This document shows positions 9,919-19,132 of a DNA stretch of 64,000 bases, in pieces. Numbering within the stretch: position 1 is the stretch's first letter; each line of letters opens with the position of its first letter. Position numbers and translations under genes: made by a program. The stretch comes from an uncultured bacterium. GTDB lineage: Bacteria; Krumholzibacteriota; Krumholzibacteriia; LZORAL124-64-63. The notes beneath the pieces were generated by a model, which saw only the letters and a list, made by a program, of their open reading frames with translations, did no database searches and was not told the DNA's origin. The stretch spans positions 384,001-448,000 of the forward strand of contig CAVSZB010000007.1 of NCBI GenBank assembly GCA_963732385.1, read 5' to 3'.

Positions 9919-11862
9919 TCAGATCAAGCCGTCTTCGTCGGCATACTCGGCCAGTTCGTCGTCCTGGCTCTTGTCGCGCGCCTCCGGACCGGCGGCCTGA
10001 TCGGCGGCGACGACATCCTCGAGGCGCGGGTGCGCGTCGATGAACGCCAGCAGAGCTTCGTTGTCGTCCTTCAGGCGCTCGGAGATCGACAGCACGATAC
10101 GCCGGTTCTCGACGTCCATCTTGATGACCTTCAGCTGGATCGCCTCGGCCTCGCGGAAATAGTACTGCGGCTTGTCGAGCTTCGGCAGACCGAGATGGCC
10201 CAGCGGCACGAAGCCTTCGAGGTCGTCGGGCATCTCGACGATCACGCCGTGGTCGAGCATGCGGATAACCTTGCCGTCGACCTCGCGACCCGCCGGATAG
10301 GCCGCGGCCAGCGACGGCCACGGGTTCTCCATGAGCTGCTTGATGCCGAGGCTGATGCGACGCTTGTCGGCATCGATGTCGAGGATCTGGACCTGCACGG
10401 AGTCGCCGCGGCGGACGACTTCCTTGGGATGCCGCACCCGCTTCGTCCACGACATGTCGCTGATGTGCACGAGGCCGTCGATGCCCTCCTCCACTTCGAC
10501 GAAGGCGCCGAAATCGGTGAGGTTGCGCACCTTGCCCTCGATGATGGTGCCCACCGGGTAGCGGTGCGTCAGCGAGAGCCAGGGATCGTCCTCGCACTGT
10601 TTCAGGCCGAGCGAGATCTTTTCGCTCTCCTTGTCGATCTTGAGCACCATGACCTCCACCTCGTCGCCGATGTTGACGACCTTGGAGGGGTGCTTGATGT
10701 GCCGGGTCCAGGACATCTCGCTGATGTGGATCAGCCCTTCGATGCCTTTCTCCAACTCGACGAAGGCGCCGTAGTTCGTAATGCTGACAATCTTGCCGCG
10801 GATGCGGATGCCCTCGGGATAGCGCCGCTCCACATCCTCCCACGGGTACGCCTGGAGCTGCTTGAGGCCGAGGGAGATGCGCTCCCGCTCCTGCTCGAAG
10901 TCGAGCACCTTGACCGTGATCTCGGCGCCGATCTGCACGACCTCGCTCGGGTGCTGCACGCGGCCCCAGGAGAGGTCGGTGATGTGCAGCAGACCGTCGA
11001 TGCCGCCGAGATCGACGAACGCGCCGAAGTCGGTGATGTTCTTGACGATGCCCGTGCGGATCTGGCCCTTCTGCAGCTCGGAGATGAGCGAGGACTTCTT
11101 GCGCTCGCGATCCTGCTCGAGCACGACGCGGCGGCTCACCACGACGTTGCGGCGCCGCTTGTTCTTCTTGATGATGCGGCAGGTGATGGTCTCGCCGATC
11201 ATCTCGTCGAGATCGGGCACCTGGCGCAGGGCGACCTGGGAGCCGGGCAGGAACGTGTCCACGCCCCACAGCTTGACCACGAGCCCGCCCTTGATCCGGC
11301 GGTCGACGACACCCTCGACGACCTCGCCCGTCTCGTGGGCCAGCTTGATCTTGTCCCAGACCTTGAGGAAGTCGGCGCGCTCCTTGGAGAGCACGACCAG
11401 TCCGTCCTGGTTCTCGATCTTCTCGAGGAACACGTCGAATTCGTCGCCCGCCTTGACGCCCGACGAATCGCCGAACTCCTCGATCGGGATGACGCCCTCG
11501 CTCTTGAAGCCGATGTCGAGCAGGACCTCGTTCTCCCGCACCTCCACGACCGTGCCCTTGAGGATCTGGCCCTCCTGGATCTCCTGGATCGTCTCCTCAT
11601 ACTGGTTGATGAGCGAGAGCTGCTCCGCGGGATCGAGGTCGTCGTCCTCGGCATAGTCCTGGTTCACGATGGTGGTGGGATCGAATTCCTTCGTCAGCTT
11701 CGGAACGGAAGGGACCGTCGCGGTCGGGAAGCTTTCTTCGTCATCGTCCGCCCAGCGACGCGGTCCGCCGCGCCGGGGACGGTCGTGGCCGCCGCCGCGA
11801 TTCTCACGATCGCCGCGGCCATGAGACGAGCGCTCCTCGCCGGAAGAGGGGAAGTTGCCCAT
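9919..11862 (-). CDS. rpsA: 30S ribosomal protein S1 with N-terminal extension
   Basis: Repeated S1 domains (DFGAFVDLGGIDGLLHITDLSW, NYGAFVELEKGIEGLIHISEMSW); TAAGGAGG RBS upstream of the ATG. Confidence 0.97.
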   Translation of the reverse strand: MGNFPSSGEERSSHGRGDRENRGGGHDRPRRGGPRRWADDDEESFPTATVPSVPKLTKEFDPTTIVNQDYAEDDDLDPAEQLSLINQYEETIQEIQEGQILKGTVVEVRENEVLLDIGFKSEGVIPIEEFGDSSGVKAGDEFDVFLEKIENQDGLVVLSKERADFLKVWDKIKLAHETGEVVEGVVDRRIKGGLVVKLWGVDTFLPGSQVALRQVPDLDEMIGETITCRIIKKNKRRRNVVVSRRVVLEQDRERKKSSLISELQKGQIRTGIVKNITDFGAFVDLGGIDGLLHITDLSWGRVQHPSEVVQIGAEITVKVLDFEQERERISLGLKQLQAYPWEDVERRYPEGIRIRGKIVSITNYGAFVELEKGIEGLIHISEMSWTRHIKHPSKVVNIGDEVEVMVLKIDKESEKISLGLKQCEDDPWLSLTHRYPVGTIIEGKVRNLTDFGAFVEVEEGIDGLVHISDMSWTKRVRHPKEVVRRGDSVQVQILDIDADKRRISLGIKQLMENPWPSLAAAYPAGREVDGKVIRMLDHGVIVEMPDDLEGFVPLGHLGLPKLDKPQYYFREAEAIQLKVIKMDVENRRIVLSISERLKDDNEALLAFIDAHPRLEDVVAADQAAGPEARDKSQDDELAEYADEDGLI

Positions 11863-11919
11863 ACGGAAACGCCTCCTTAAAACTGGAATTTGCCCGGTCT
11901 GGAGCCGGGCCGACCGAAA

Positions 11920-11948
11920 AATATACTCGATTGGGCTGATTCTGGCAA
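11920..11948 (-). promoter_or_regulatory. sigma70-type promoter for rpsA
   Basis: TTGCCA-N17-TATATT on the minus strand, in the cmk-rpsA intergenic gap. Confidence 0.7.
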
Positions 11949-11961
11949 GCGCCGCGGTGGA

Positions 11962-13488
11962 TCAGGCGATTCCGGACAGGGGGCCGCCGCCGGGGGCGGC
12001 CGGGCGCCGGCGGCCGAAAATCCGCGCCTCGCGCGCGTCGCAGCGCCGGACCGCCTCCTCCCCCGCGAGCCGTTCCTCGTCGGTCTGGGGACGTTCCGCC
12101 CAGGAGCGGGCCTGCATCTCCTCGTAGATCGCCTGGAACAGCGTGGCGATGCGGCCGCAGATCTGCCGCTCGTCGCAGCGGGCGCGCAGGGCCGGCAGAG
12201 CGTGCAGGCGCACCGCGGGGGCGTAACGGACCTCGAGCGGGGCGGCGGGCGAGCCGCCGGGGCTCAGACGGGTCGTGCCGCGCAAAAAGACCGGCACCGT
12301 CGGTGCGCCCGATCGCTGCATCAGGACGCCGAGCCCGGAACGGACCGGGCCGGGCCGACCGGTCGGTCGCCGCGTCCCCTCGGGGAAGACCGCCACCACT
12401 TCGCCGGCGTCCAGGCAGGCCACTGCCGCCTGGAACGCGGTGGCATCGAACCCGCGGCGCTGGATCGGGATGCTGTCGATCCAGCGCAGGACGGCGCCAC
12501 TGAGCGGGTTGCGGAACAGTTCGGCCTTGGCCAGGGTGTTGATCGGCGCGCGCTGCAGCGTGGCGCCGAGGATGAGCGGATCCCAGAGGCTGAGGTGGTT
12601 GGGCGCGATGATGACGCCGGCCGGCAGATCAAAGTGCTCCCGGCCGTAGACCCGCAGACCGTAGAACCGTCCCAGCGCGCCGAAGAAGGCGAAGACGAGC
12701 CGGTGCCGCTGCGGCAGGTCGCGCGTGCGGATCTCCGGCGGCACGGGCTGCGGCAGGCGCAGCGCCGCCAGCTCGCGCGCCGTGGCGAGGGCGCGCGCGA
12801 TCTGCTGTTCCAGGTCCCATTGGCTGGTCTCGAGGACGGCGGCGTCGATCGGGATCGTCAACGGGCTCTCCGCCCGCCCGGAGTCGAGCCGGTCGCGGGC
12901 GGCGAGATCGGCGGCGACGGCGGCCCGGTCGACCGCGAGGCCGCGCTGCTGGTGCTGCCGTGCGCGGCGTTCCGCGCGCGCCTCCGGCGTGGCGTCGAGG
13001 TAGAGCTTCACCGTGGCGAGCGGAAACACGGCGCTGCCGATGTCGCGCCCTTCCATGACCACGCCGCCACTCCGGCCCAGCGCCCGCTGGCGCTCGACCA
13101 TCTGTCGCCGCACCTCGCCGTGCGCGCTGACGGCGGAGACGGCCGCTTCCACGGCCGGTGTGCGGATCGCCGCGGAGACGTCGCGCCCGTCCCAGAGCAC
13201 GAATGCCTCTGCGTCTCCCGGCCGCAGTTCCAGACGCGCGGCGCGCAGCAGTCCGCCCAGGCGGCCGGCGTCGGCCGGCGACACGCCGGCCTCGAGCGCC
13301 GCCCAGGTGAGGGCGCGATACATGGCGCCGGTATCGACGTAGAGCAGCCCGAACGCGCGCGCCAGCGCCCGCGCGGTCGTGGACTTCCCGGAGCCGGCGG
13401 GACCGTCGATGGCGATCACGGTGTCGGGCGCGATGCCCATCGGCTCGGGGCGGCTCGGGGTGGCGGGGGGTGCGTCGGAGCTGCTCAT
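11962..13488 (-). CDS. cmk: Cytidylate kinase fused to a 1-acylglycerol-3-phosphate acyltransferase (PlsC-like) domain
   Basis: IAIDGPAGSGKST, DTGAMYRA and EGRDIG (Cmk), followed in frame by NHLSLWD and FPEGTR (acyltransferase). Alternative start at 13440. Confidence 0.92.
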   Translation of the reverse strand: MSSSDAPPATPSRPEPMGIAPDTVIAIDGPAGSGKSTTARALARAFGLLYVDTGAMYRALTWAALEAGVSPADAGRLGGLLRAARLELRPGDAEAFVLWDGRDVSAAIRTPAVEAAVSAVSAHGEVRRQMVERQRALGRSGGVVMEGRDIGSAVFPLATVKLYLDATPEARAERRARQHQQRGLAVDRAAVAADLAARDRLDSGRAESPLTIPIDAAVLETSQWDLEQQIARALATARELAALRLPQPVPPEIRTRDLPQRHRLVFAFFGALGRFYGLRVYGREHFDLPAGVIIAPNHLSLWDPLILGATLQRAPINTLAKAELFRNPLSGAVLRWIDSIPIQRRGFDATAFQAAVACLDAGEVVAVFPEGTRRPTGRPGPVRSGLGVLMQRSGAPTVPVFLRGTTRLSPGGSPAAPLEVRYAPAVRLHALPALRARCDERQICGRIATLFQAIYEEMQARSWAERPQTDEERLAGEEAVRRCDAREARIFGRRRPAAPGGGPLSGIA

Positions 13489-13500
13489 CGCGCGCGCGCC

Positions 13501-14373
13501 TCAGGCAGAACGGCCGCAGGCGCGGGCCACCGCGACGCAGGTGGCGGCCAGACGGCTGAACTGTTCGGGCGTCAGCGCCTGGCGGCCGTCGCTGAGCGCC
13601 TCGGCGGGGCGATCGTGCACTTCAACCAGCAGGCCGTCGGCCCCGGCGGCGACCGCCGCGCGCGACAGCGCCGCCACGAACGCGGCGTCGCCCGCCGCGT
13701 GGCTCGGATCGACGATGACCGGCAGGCGGTAGCGCGCCTTCACCACCGCGACGGCGCCGATATCGAGCGTGTTGCGGGTGGCGTCGGCGAAGGTGCGGAT
13801 GCCGCGTTCGCACAGCACGACCTGCTCGTTTCCGGTTTCGAGCACGTACTCCGCGGCGCCGAGCCATTCCCGGACCGTGGTCATCAGGCCGCGTTTGAGC
13901 AGGATCGGCCGGCCGCTGGCGCCGGCCTCCTTCAGCAGCGGAAAATTCTGCACGCTGCGACTGCCGATCTGCAGCATGTCGGCCACGCGCGCCACCTGCT
14001 CCACATCGCGCGGATCGAGCACTTCGGTGACGAACGGCAGACCCGAGGCCTCCCGGGCGGCGACCAGAAGGGCGAGGCCATCGGCGCCGAGCCCCTGGAA
14101 ATCGTAGGGCGAGGTGCGCGGTTTCCAGGCGCCGCCGCGCAGCATGACGGCGCCTCCGGTGGCGACCGCGGCCGCGATGCGCAGCAGTCCGGCCCGCTCT
14201 TCCACAGCGCAGGGCCCGGCGATCAGCGCCAGGCCCGTCCCGCCGAAAACCACCTGGCCGACGCGCACCGTGACGCCGGTCCCGTCCGGGCGGCGCAAAG
14301 AGCGCAGCGGCCGGCCTTCGGGGCCCGAGGTGTCGAGGTGCGGCAGGGGCCGCGGAGCCGGTTCGCCGCTCAC
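13501..14373 (-). CDS. aroF: DAHP synthase, type I-beta, with no obvious regulatory domain
   Basis: IAGPCAVE, RGGAWKPRTS, LKRG, CERGIRTF, DPSHAAG, EVH, SDG. GTGA overlap with the hisC stop. Confidence 0.9.
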   Translation of the reverse strand: MSGEPAPRPLPHLDTSGPEGRPLRSLRRPDGTGVTVRVGQVVFGGTGLALIAGPCAVEERAGLLRIAAAVATGGAVMLRGGAWKPRTSPYDFQGLGADGLALLVAAREASGLPFVTEVLDPRDVEQVARVADMLQIGSRSVQNFPLLKEAGASGRPILLKRGLMTTVREWLGAAEYVLETGNEQVVLCERGIRTFADATRNTLDIGAVAVVKARYRLPVIVDPSHAAGDAAFVAALSRAAVAAGADGLLVEVHDRPAEALSDGRQALTPEQFSRLAATCVAVARACGRSA

Positions 14374-15470
14374 GCCAGAATCTCCTCCAAAGCCCGCACG
14401 AGGCGGGCGTTCTCGGTCGGCAGACCGACACTGATCCGGATGGCGCCGTCGCCCAAGCCGAATGCCGCCATCGGCCGCACGATGACACCGCGCTTCAGCA
14501 GCGCCGCGGTCATTTCGGTCGCCTGTCCAGGCACGCGCACGAGCAGGAAGTTCGCCTGGGAGGGGGTGACCCGCAACCCCAGGGACGCCAGCCGCGCCGC
14601 CAGTGACTCCAGTTCCCGCCGGTTGCGGCCGGCACGGGCGGCCACCTCGTCCCACCGGCGCAGACAGGCCAGCCCCGCCGCCTGGGCCAGGGAGTTGACG
14701 TTGAACGGCTCGCGCGTCTTCTGCAGTTCGCCGATCAGTTCCGGGTGCGCCACAGCATAACCCAGACGCAGTCCGGCCAGCGAGTGGATCTTCGAGAAGG
14801 TGCGCAGGATGACCAGGTTGGGGTGCGCCGCCAGCAGCGGGACGGTCTGCGGGTAGTCGGCGGCCGTGACGTACTCGTAGTATGCCTCATCCAGAGCCAG
14901 GATGACGGTCGGGGGCAGCGCCGCCAGGAAGGTGCGCAGTTCGGCGTCGGTGTTGTAGGTGCCGGTCGGATTGTTCGGATTGCAGAGCACGACCAGCTTC
15001 GTGGCGGCGTCGATGGCGCGCGCCATCGCCGGCAGATCGTGGCGGTCGTGCGCGTCGAGCGGGACGGCGCGGCCGGTCTGGAAGTGCACGTCGGTGGCCA
15101 GCTTGTAGACGATGAAGCTGGGGTGACCGTACACGACGTTCTCGCCCGGCGAGACCAGCGCCCGCACCAGCATGTCGAACGTCTCGTTGGAACCGTTGCC
15201 GAGCAGGATCGCCCCCGGCTCCACGCCCAGGTGCGCGGCCAGGGCCCGGGTCAGGGTCCAGGCGGCGGCGTCGGGGTAGCGGTTGATCTCGCGCGCGGCC
15301 AGGCAGATCGCCTCGACCACCTCCGGCAACGGTCCCTCGGGATTCTCGTTGCTGGCCAGCTTGATGACGTCCGTCAGGCCCAGTTCGCGCTGGACTTCCT
15401 CGATCGGCCGGCCAGCGCTGTAGGGACGCGTCTGCAGGATGCCCGGACGGAACAGCTTCTGAAAATCCAT
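14370..15470 (-). CDS. hisC: Histidinol-phosphate/aromatic aminotransferase
   Basis: IKLASNENP, RYPD, GNGSNE, CNPNNPTG, DEAYYEY, RTFSKIHSLAGLRLGY. Confidence 0.93.
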   Translation of the reverse strand: MDFQKLFRPGILQTRPYSAGRPIEEVQRELGLTDVIKLASNENPEGPLPEVVEAICLAAREINRYPDAAAWTLTRALAAHLGVEPGAILLGNGSNETFDMLVRALVSPGENVVYGHPSFIVYKLATDVHFQTGRAVPLDAHDRHDLPAMARAIDAATKLVVLCNPNNPTGTYNTDAELRTFLAALPPTVILALDEAYYEYVTAADYPQTVPLLAAHPNLVILRTFSKIHSLAGLRLGYAVAHPELIGELQKTREPFNVNSLAQAAGLACLRRWDEVAARAGRNRRELESLAARLASLGLRVTPSQANFLLVRVPGQATEMTAALLKRGVIVRPMAAFGLGDGAIRISVGLPTENARLVRALEEILA

Positions 15471-15537
15471 CCCCCTCGACCACCTTTCCGCGCGCGAGGA
15501 ACGGTCCCGGCGCACACCCGGCTGAATCACGCAGCGC

Positions 15538-16296
15538 TCAGGGCGGCGGCAACCCGGCCTCCGCACGCAACGCGCTGATTTCGAGCGTAGTCAGGCGCCG
15601 GAAGAGGCCGGGAGGCAGACGCCCCAGCCGCTGCGGGCCGATATCGGTGCGGTGCAGGCGCTTCACCTCGACGCCGAGCGCCGCGAACATCCGGCGGATC
15701 TGACGATTGCGTCCCTCGCGCAGCGACACCGCCCAGCAGTGTCCCGGCGGACCGGGCAGCGGCGCGATCCGGGCCGGCAGGCAGGGGCGTCCGTCGAGGA
15801 TCACTCCGCCCTGCGCCACCGTCCGCACGCCGTCCGGCGCGAGCCGTCCGGCCAGTTCCACCTCGTACCGCTTCCAGACCGCTCGGGCCGGGCGCAACAG
15901 GGCCTGCGCCAACTCCCCGTCATCGCTCCAAAGGAGCAGACCGCTGGTGTCTGCGTCAAGACGCCCGATCGGCACCAGCCCTGGCGGCAGGCCGGCGTGG
16001 GTGCGGAAGGAGAGCAGTCCGGTCTGGGTGCCCTGCGGGCGGAGGGTCGAGACCACGCCGAGCGGTTTGTGGAAGGCGTAGACGCGCCAGACCTTCGGCA
16101 GTCCGACCGCCCGGCCGTCGACGGTGACCGCGTCGTGAGCCGGGTCGACCCGCGTATCGAGCGCCGTGACCACGACGCCGTTGACGGCGACGCAACCGGT
16201 GGTGATGAGCGACTCCACGCCGCGTCGGGAGCCCAGTCCGGCGCGCGCCAGAAAGCGGTTCAGGCGCAGCGGCCCGTCAGGCGTCCGGTCGTCCAC
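15538..16296 (-). CDS. rluB: rRNA pseudouridine synthase (RluB/RsuA family)
   Basis: S4 domain RLNRFLARAGLGSRR, HKPLG, GRLDADTSGLL, EGRNRQIRRM; follows scpAB. Confidence 0.88.
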   Translation of the reverse strand: MDDRTPDGPLRLNRFLARAGLGSRRGVESLITTGCVAVNGVVVTALDTRVDPAHDAVTVDGRAVGLPKVWRVYAFHKPLGVVSTLRPQGTQTGLLSFRTHAGLPPGLVPIGRLDADTSGLLLWSDDGELAQALLRPARAVWKRYEVELAGRLAPDGVRTVAQGGVILDGRPCLPARIAPLPGPPGHCWAVSLREGRNRQIRRMFAALGVEVKRLHRTDIGPQRLGRLPPGLFRRLTTLEISALRAEAGLPPP

Positions 16297-17134
16297 CCGT
16301 GTCCGCGTCCTCCCCCGCCGGCGCCGGCTCGCGCCACGCGGTGTCCGGCGCTTCAGGTTCGTCATCGGGGTCGGACGCTCCGGCCAGGTCCAGGTCGTCA
16401 TCAACGACAGCGTCGTCCGCCGCGATGTCGTCGCCGGCCCAGTCGTCGTCTTCTGACTCCGCCATCTCTTCGGCGTCGGGCGGCGCGAGCGCATCTCCCG
16501 GTTCGCCGGCCGCGGACGGTGCGACCCCGTCGGCTGCCCCTTCCGCCTCCAGTCCCTCAAGATCGGCGTCGGTCAGCTCCTGGCCGAACTGCAGCGCGAA
16601 CTGTTTGAACTCTTCGCGATTCCCCATGACCATTTCCACCTCGGGCAGCGCCGGCAGTTGCGACAGCCCCTTGAGACCGAGGTGGTTCAGGAATTCGCGG
16701 GTGGTGCCGTAGAGAATCGGATGGCCGACGGTCTCGGCGCGGCCGACGACGGTGGCCAGGTTGCGTTCGAGCAGGGTGGCGAGCGCGCCGCTGCTCTGCA
16801 CGCCCCGGATGTCCTCGATGTCCAGCCGCGTGATCGGCTGGCGGTAGGCGATGATCGCCAGCACCTCGAGCCCGGCCTTGGTCAGCCGCACGTGGCGCCG
16901 GGCGCCGTGCAGTCGCTGCACGAGGGGGGCGTAGTCGGGGCGGGTGGCCACCTGCCAGCCGCCGCCGAACTCCACGACCGCGAAGGCAAAGCCGGCGCGG
17001 TCATAGTCGGCCTGCAACTCGGTGAGCGCGTCGCGGATCTGCTGCGCCGCAAGGTCGGGGAAGATGGCGCGCAGGCGTGGCATGCCCAGGGGAGCCTCGG
17101 TCGCGAACAGCACGGCCTCGAGGTCACGCTTCAT
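16277..17134 (-). CDS. scpB: SMC-Scp complex subunit ScpB with acidic C-terminal tail
   Basis: LEAVLFA, LEVLAIIAYRQPITR, IRGV, YGTTREFLNHLGL. Confidence 0.95.
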   Translation of the reverse strand: MKRDLEAVLFATEAPLGMPRLRAIFPDLAAQQIRDALTELQADYDRAGFAFAVVEFGGGWQVATRPDYAPLVQRLHGARRHVRLTKAGLEVLAIIAYRQPITRLDIEDIRGVQSSGALATLLERNLATVVGRAETVGHPILYGTTREFLNHLGLKGLSQLPALPEVEMVMGNREEFKQFALQFGQELTDADLEGLEAEGAADGVAPSAAGEPGDALAPPDAEEMAESEDDDWAGDDIAADDAVVDDDLDLAGASDPDDEPEAPDTAWREPAPAGEDADTGGRPDA

Positions 17135-18000
17135 GAGCCGGCCCCCGCATCGCCGGCGGCCGCGGCTGCCGCCTTGAGCGGCTGCTCGGCGTGGCGGATC
17201 CAGATCGGGCCGAGGAACTCGGTCTGCACGAAGCCCACTTCGCCCCGCTTGCACAGTTCGAGCAGAGCGATGAACGTCACCACGACCTCCATCTTGATGG
17301 CGTAGCCCGCGAACAGTTCGTCGAAGCGGACCAGCGGGCCGGTCTGCAGGCGCTCGCGGATGCGCGCCATCTTCTCGTCCACCGTAAACGGCTCGCGCTG
17401 CACGGTGTGCACGGACGGCACATCCAGCTTCTCGAGCACGTTGGACAGCGCCGAGAGCAGTTCGTACATGTTGAAGCGGAGCTGCGGCGGCGGCAGGTCC
17501 TGCTCGTCGAGGAACGGCCAGCGCGCCTGGCGCACGTGCCAGCGGCTCCGTTCATCCTCCTGGCCGCGCAGCGCGACGGCGGCCTCCTTGAAACGCTTGT
17601 ATTCGAGGAGACGCCGCACCAGTTCGGCGCGCGGGTCCTCTTCGTCGAGCGACTCGGTCGGCTGAACCGGCAGCAGCAGGCGCGCCTTGATGCGCGTCAG
17701 CGTGGCCGCCATGACGAGAAAGTCGCCGGCGGTGTCGATATCGAGCGCCTGGATCACGGCGAGATACTTCAAATACTGCGCGGTGATCTGGCCGACCGGG
17801 ATATCGTAGATGTCGATCTCGTCCTTCTGGATCAGATAGAGCAGCAGGTCGAGCGGGCCCTGGAAGGCCGCCAGATCGACGCGGTACGCTTCACTGGACC
17901 GGAAGTACTCGAGGTCGGACGGCAGGCGGTCGAGCAGGTCGCCGGGGGGCGGCGCGGCGTCGAGCGCGGGGGTCGAAAGATCCTCCCTGGGTCGGATCAC
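17131..18000 (-). CDS. scpA: Segregation/condensation protein ScpA
   Basis: FQGPLDLLLYLI, DFLVMAATL..IKARLLLP, DPRAELVRRLLEY, VVTFIALLEL. GTG start with AAGGAG RBS. Confidence 0.95.
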   Translation of the reverse strand: MIRPREDLSTPALDAAPPPGDLLDRLPSDLEYFRSSEAYRVDLAAFQGPLDLLLYLIQKDEIDIYDIPVGQITAQYLKYLAVIQALDIDTAGDFLVMAATLTRIKARLLLPVQPTESLDEEDPRAELVRRLLEYKRFKEAAVALRGQEDERSRWHVRQARWPFLDEQDLPPPQLRFNMYELLSALSNVLEKLDVPSVHTVQREPFTVDEKMARIRERLQTGPLVRFDELFAGYAIKMEVVVTFIALLELCKRGEVGFVQTEFLGPIWIRHAEQPLKAAAAAAGDAGAGS

Positions 18001-18013
18001 GGGTCGCTCCTTC

Positions 18014-19024
18014 TTACCCGACGTGAATGGCCTCGCGCACGCGCTCGAGCGTGGCGATGGCCGCGGCGCGCGCGGCGGCGCAGCCGGCGGAAATGATTTC
18101 GTCCACCGTGCCTGGCGCGGCCTCGAAGTGCGCCCGCCGCTCGCGCAGCGGCTCAAAATGCGCGATCGCGCGATCGCCGAGCAGCCGCTTGCAGTCCACG
18201 CAGCCGCGCGTGGCGGCGCGGCACTCGGTGGCGGTCTGCTCGACGCCGTCAGGCGCGAATTTCTGCCACCAGGTATAAATGGCGCAGACCTCGGGGTGCC
18301 CCGGATCGGCGCGCCGCAGCCGGGCCGGATCGGTGAACGCCGGCTTGAGCTTCGCGCGGATCTCCTCCGGCGAGGCGGCGATCTCGATCGTGTTGCCGAG
18401 CGATTTGCTCATGCGCCGTCCGTCGGTGCCGGGGAAGCGGCCGAACGGCGTGACCAGCGCCTCCGGCTCCGGAAACACGTTGCCGAACAGGAAATTGAAG
18501 CGCCGGGCCATCTCCCGCGTCAGCTCGAGGTGGGGCAGCTGGTCCTCCCCCACCGGGACGGCGTGCGCGCGATAGGCGAGGATGTCGGCGGCCTGCAGGA
18601 CCGGGTAACCGAGATGGCCGTAGCTGATCTCGCCGCCCAGCTCGAGGTCGCGCACCTGCTCCTTGAACGTGGGATTGCGTTCGAGCCGTCCCATCGTCAC
18701 CAGCATTCCGAGCAGCAGGAACAGCTCCGCGTGCTCCTTCACCGCCGACTGGACGAACAGGACCGAGCGGTCGGGATCGATACCGGCGCCGAGCCAATCG
18801 AGCACCATCTCCCGGCTGTTGCCGGGAATCTCCGACGCCTTGTCGAGCGCGGTGGTGAGCACATGCCAGTCGGCCACCATGAAGTAGCAGTGCCAGCCGT
18901 CCTGCAGGCGGACCCAGTTTTCGAGGGCGCCGGTGTAGTTGCCCCAGTGCAGACGGCCGGTGGGCCGGGCGCCGCTCAAAACGGTCCGGCGGGAATCGGG
19001 GGGGGAACCGGTGCTCGGAACCAA
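18014..19024 (-). CDS. trpS: Tryptophanyl-tRNA synthetase
   Basis: SGARPTGRLHWGNY (HIGH-like), YPVLQAADIL, VPVGEDQ, MSKS. Start approximate (TTG at 19024); the track start at 19117 coincides with a promoter -35 box. Confidence 0.95.
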   Translation of the reverse strand: MVPSTGSPPDSRRTVLSGARPTGRLHWGNYTGALENWVRLQDGWHCYFMVADWHVLTTALDKASEIPGNSREMVLDWLGAGIDPDRSVLFVQSAVKEHAELFLLLGMLVTMGRLERNPTFKEQVRDLELGGEISYGHLGYPVLQAADILAYRAHAVPVGEDQLPHLELTREMARRFNFLFGNVFPEPEALVTPFGRFPGTDGRRMSKSLGNTIEIAASPEEIRAKLKPAFTDPARLRRADPGHPEVCAIYTWWQKFAPDGVEQTATECRAATRGCVDCKRLLGDRAIAHFEPLRERRAHFEAAPGTVDEIISAGCAAARAAAIATLERVREAIHVG

Positions 19025-19088
19025 GCGTGCCTGCCTTCGGGGATGGATGCGCCAGCGGCGGGCCCGATCACCCGCGAAACGGAGCGCA

Positions 19089-19117
19089 ACAGTACCATTG
19101 CCCTCCGGCGATGTCAA
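19089..19117 (-). promoter_or_regulatory. sigma70-type promoter for the trpS-scpA-scpB-rluB run
   Basis: TTGACA-N17-TACTGT with an extended -10 TG. Confidence 0.7.
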
Positions 19118-19132
19118 AGCGCGAGGCTCGCC

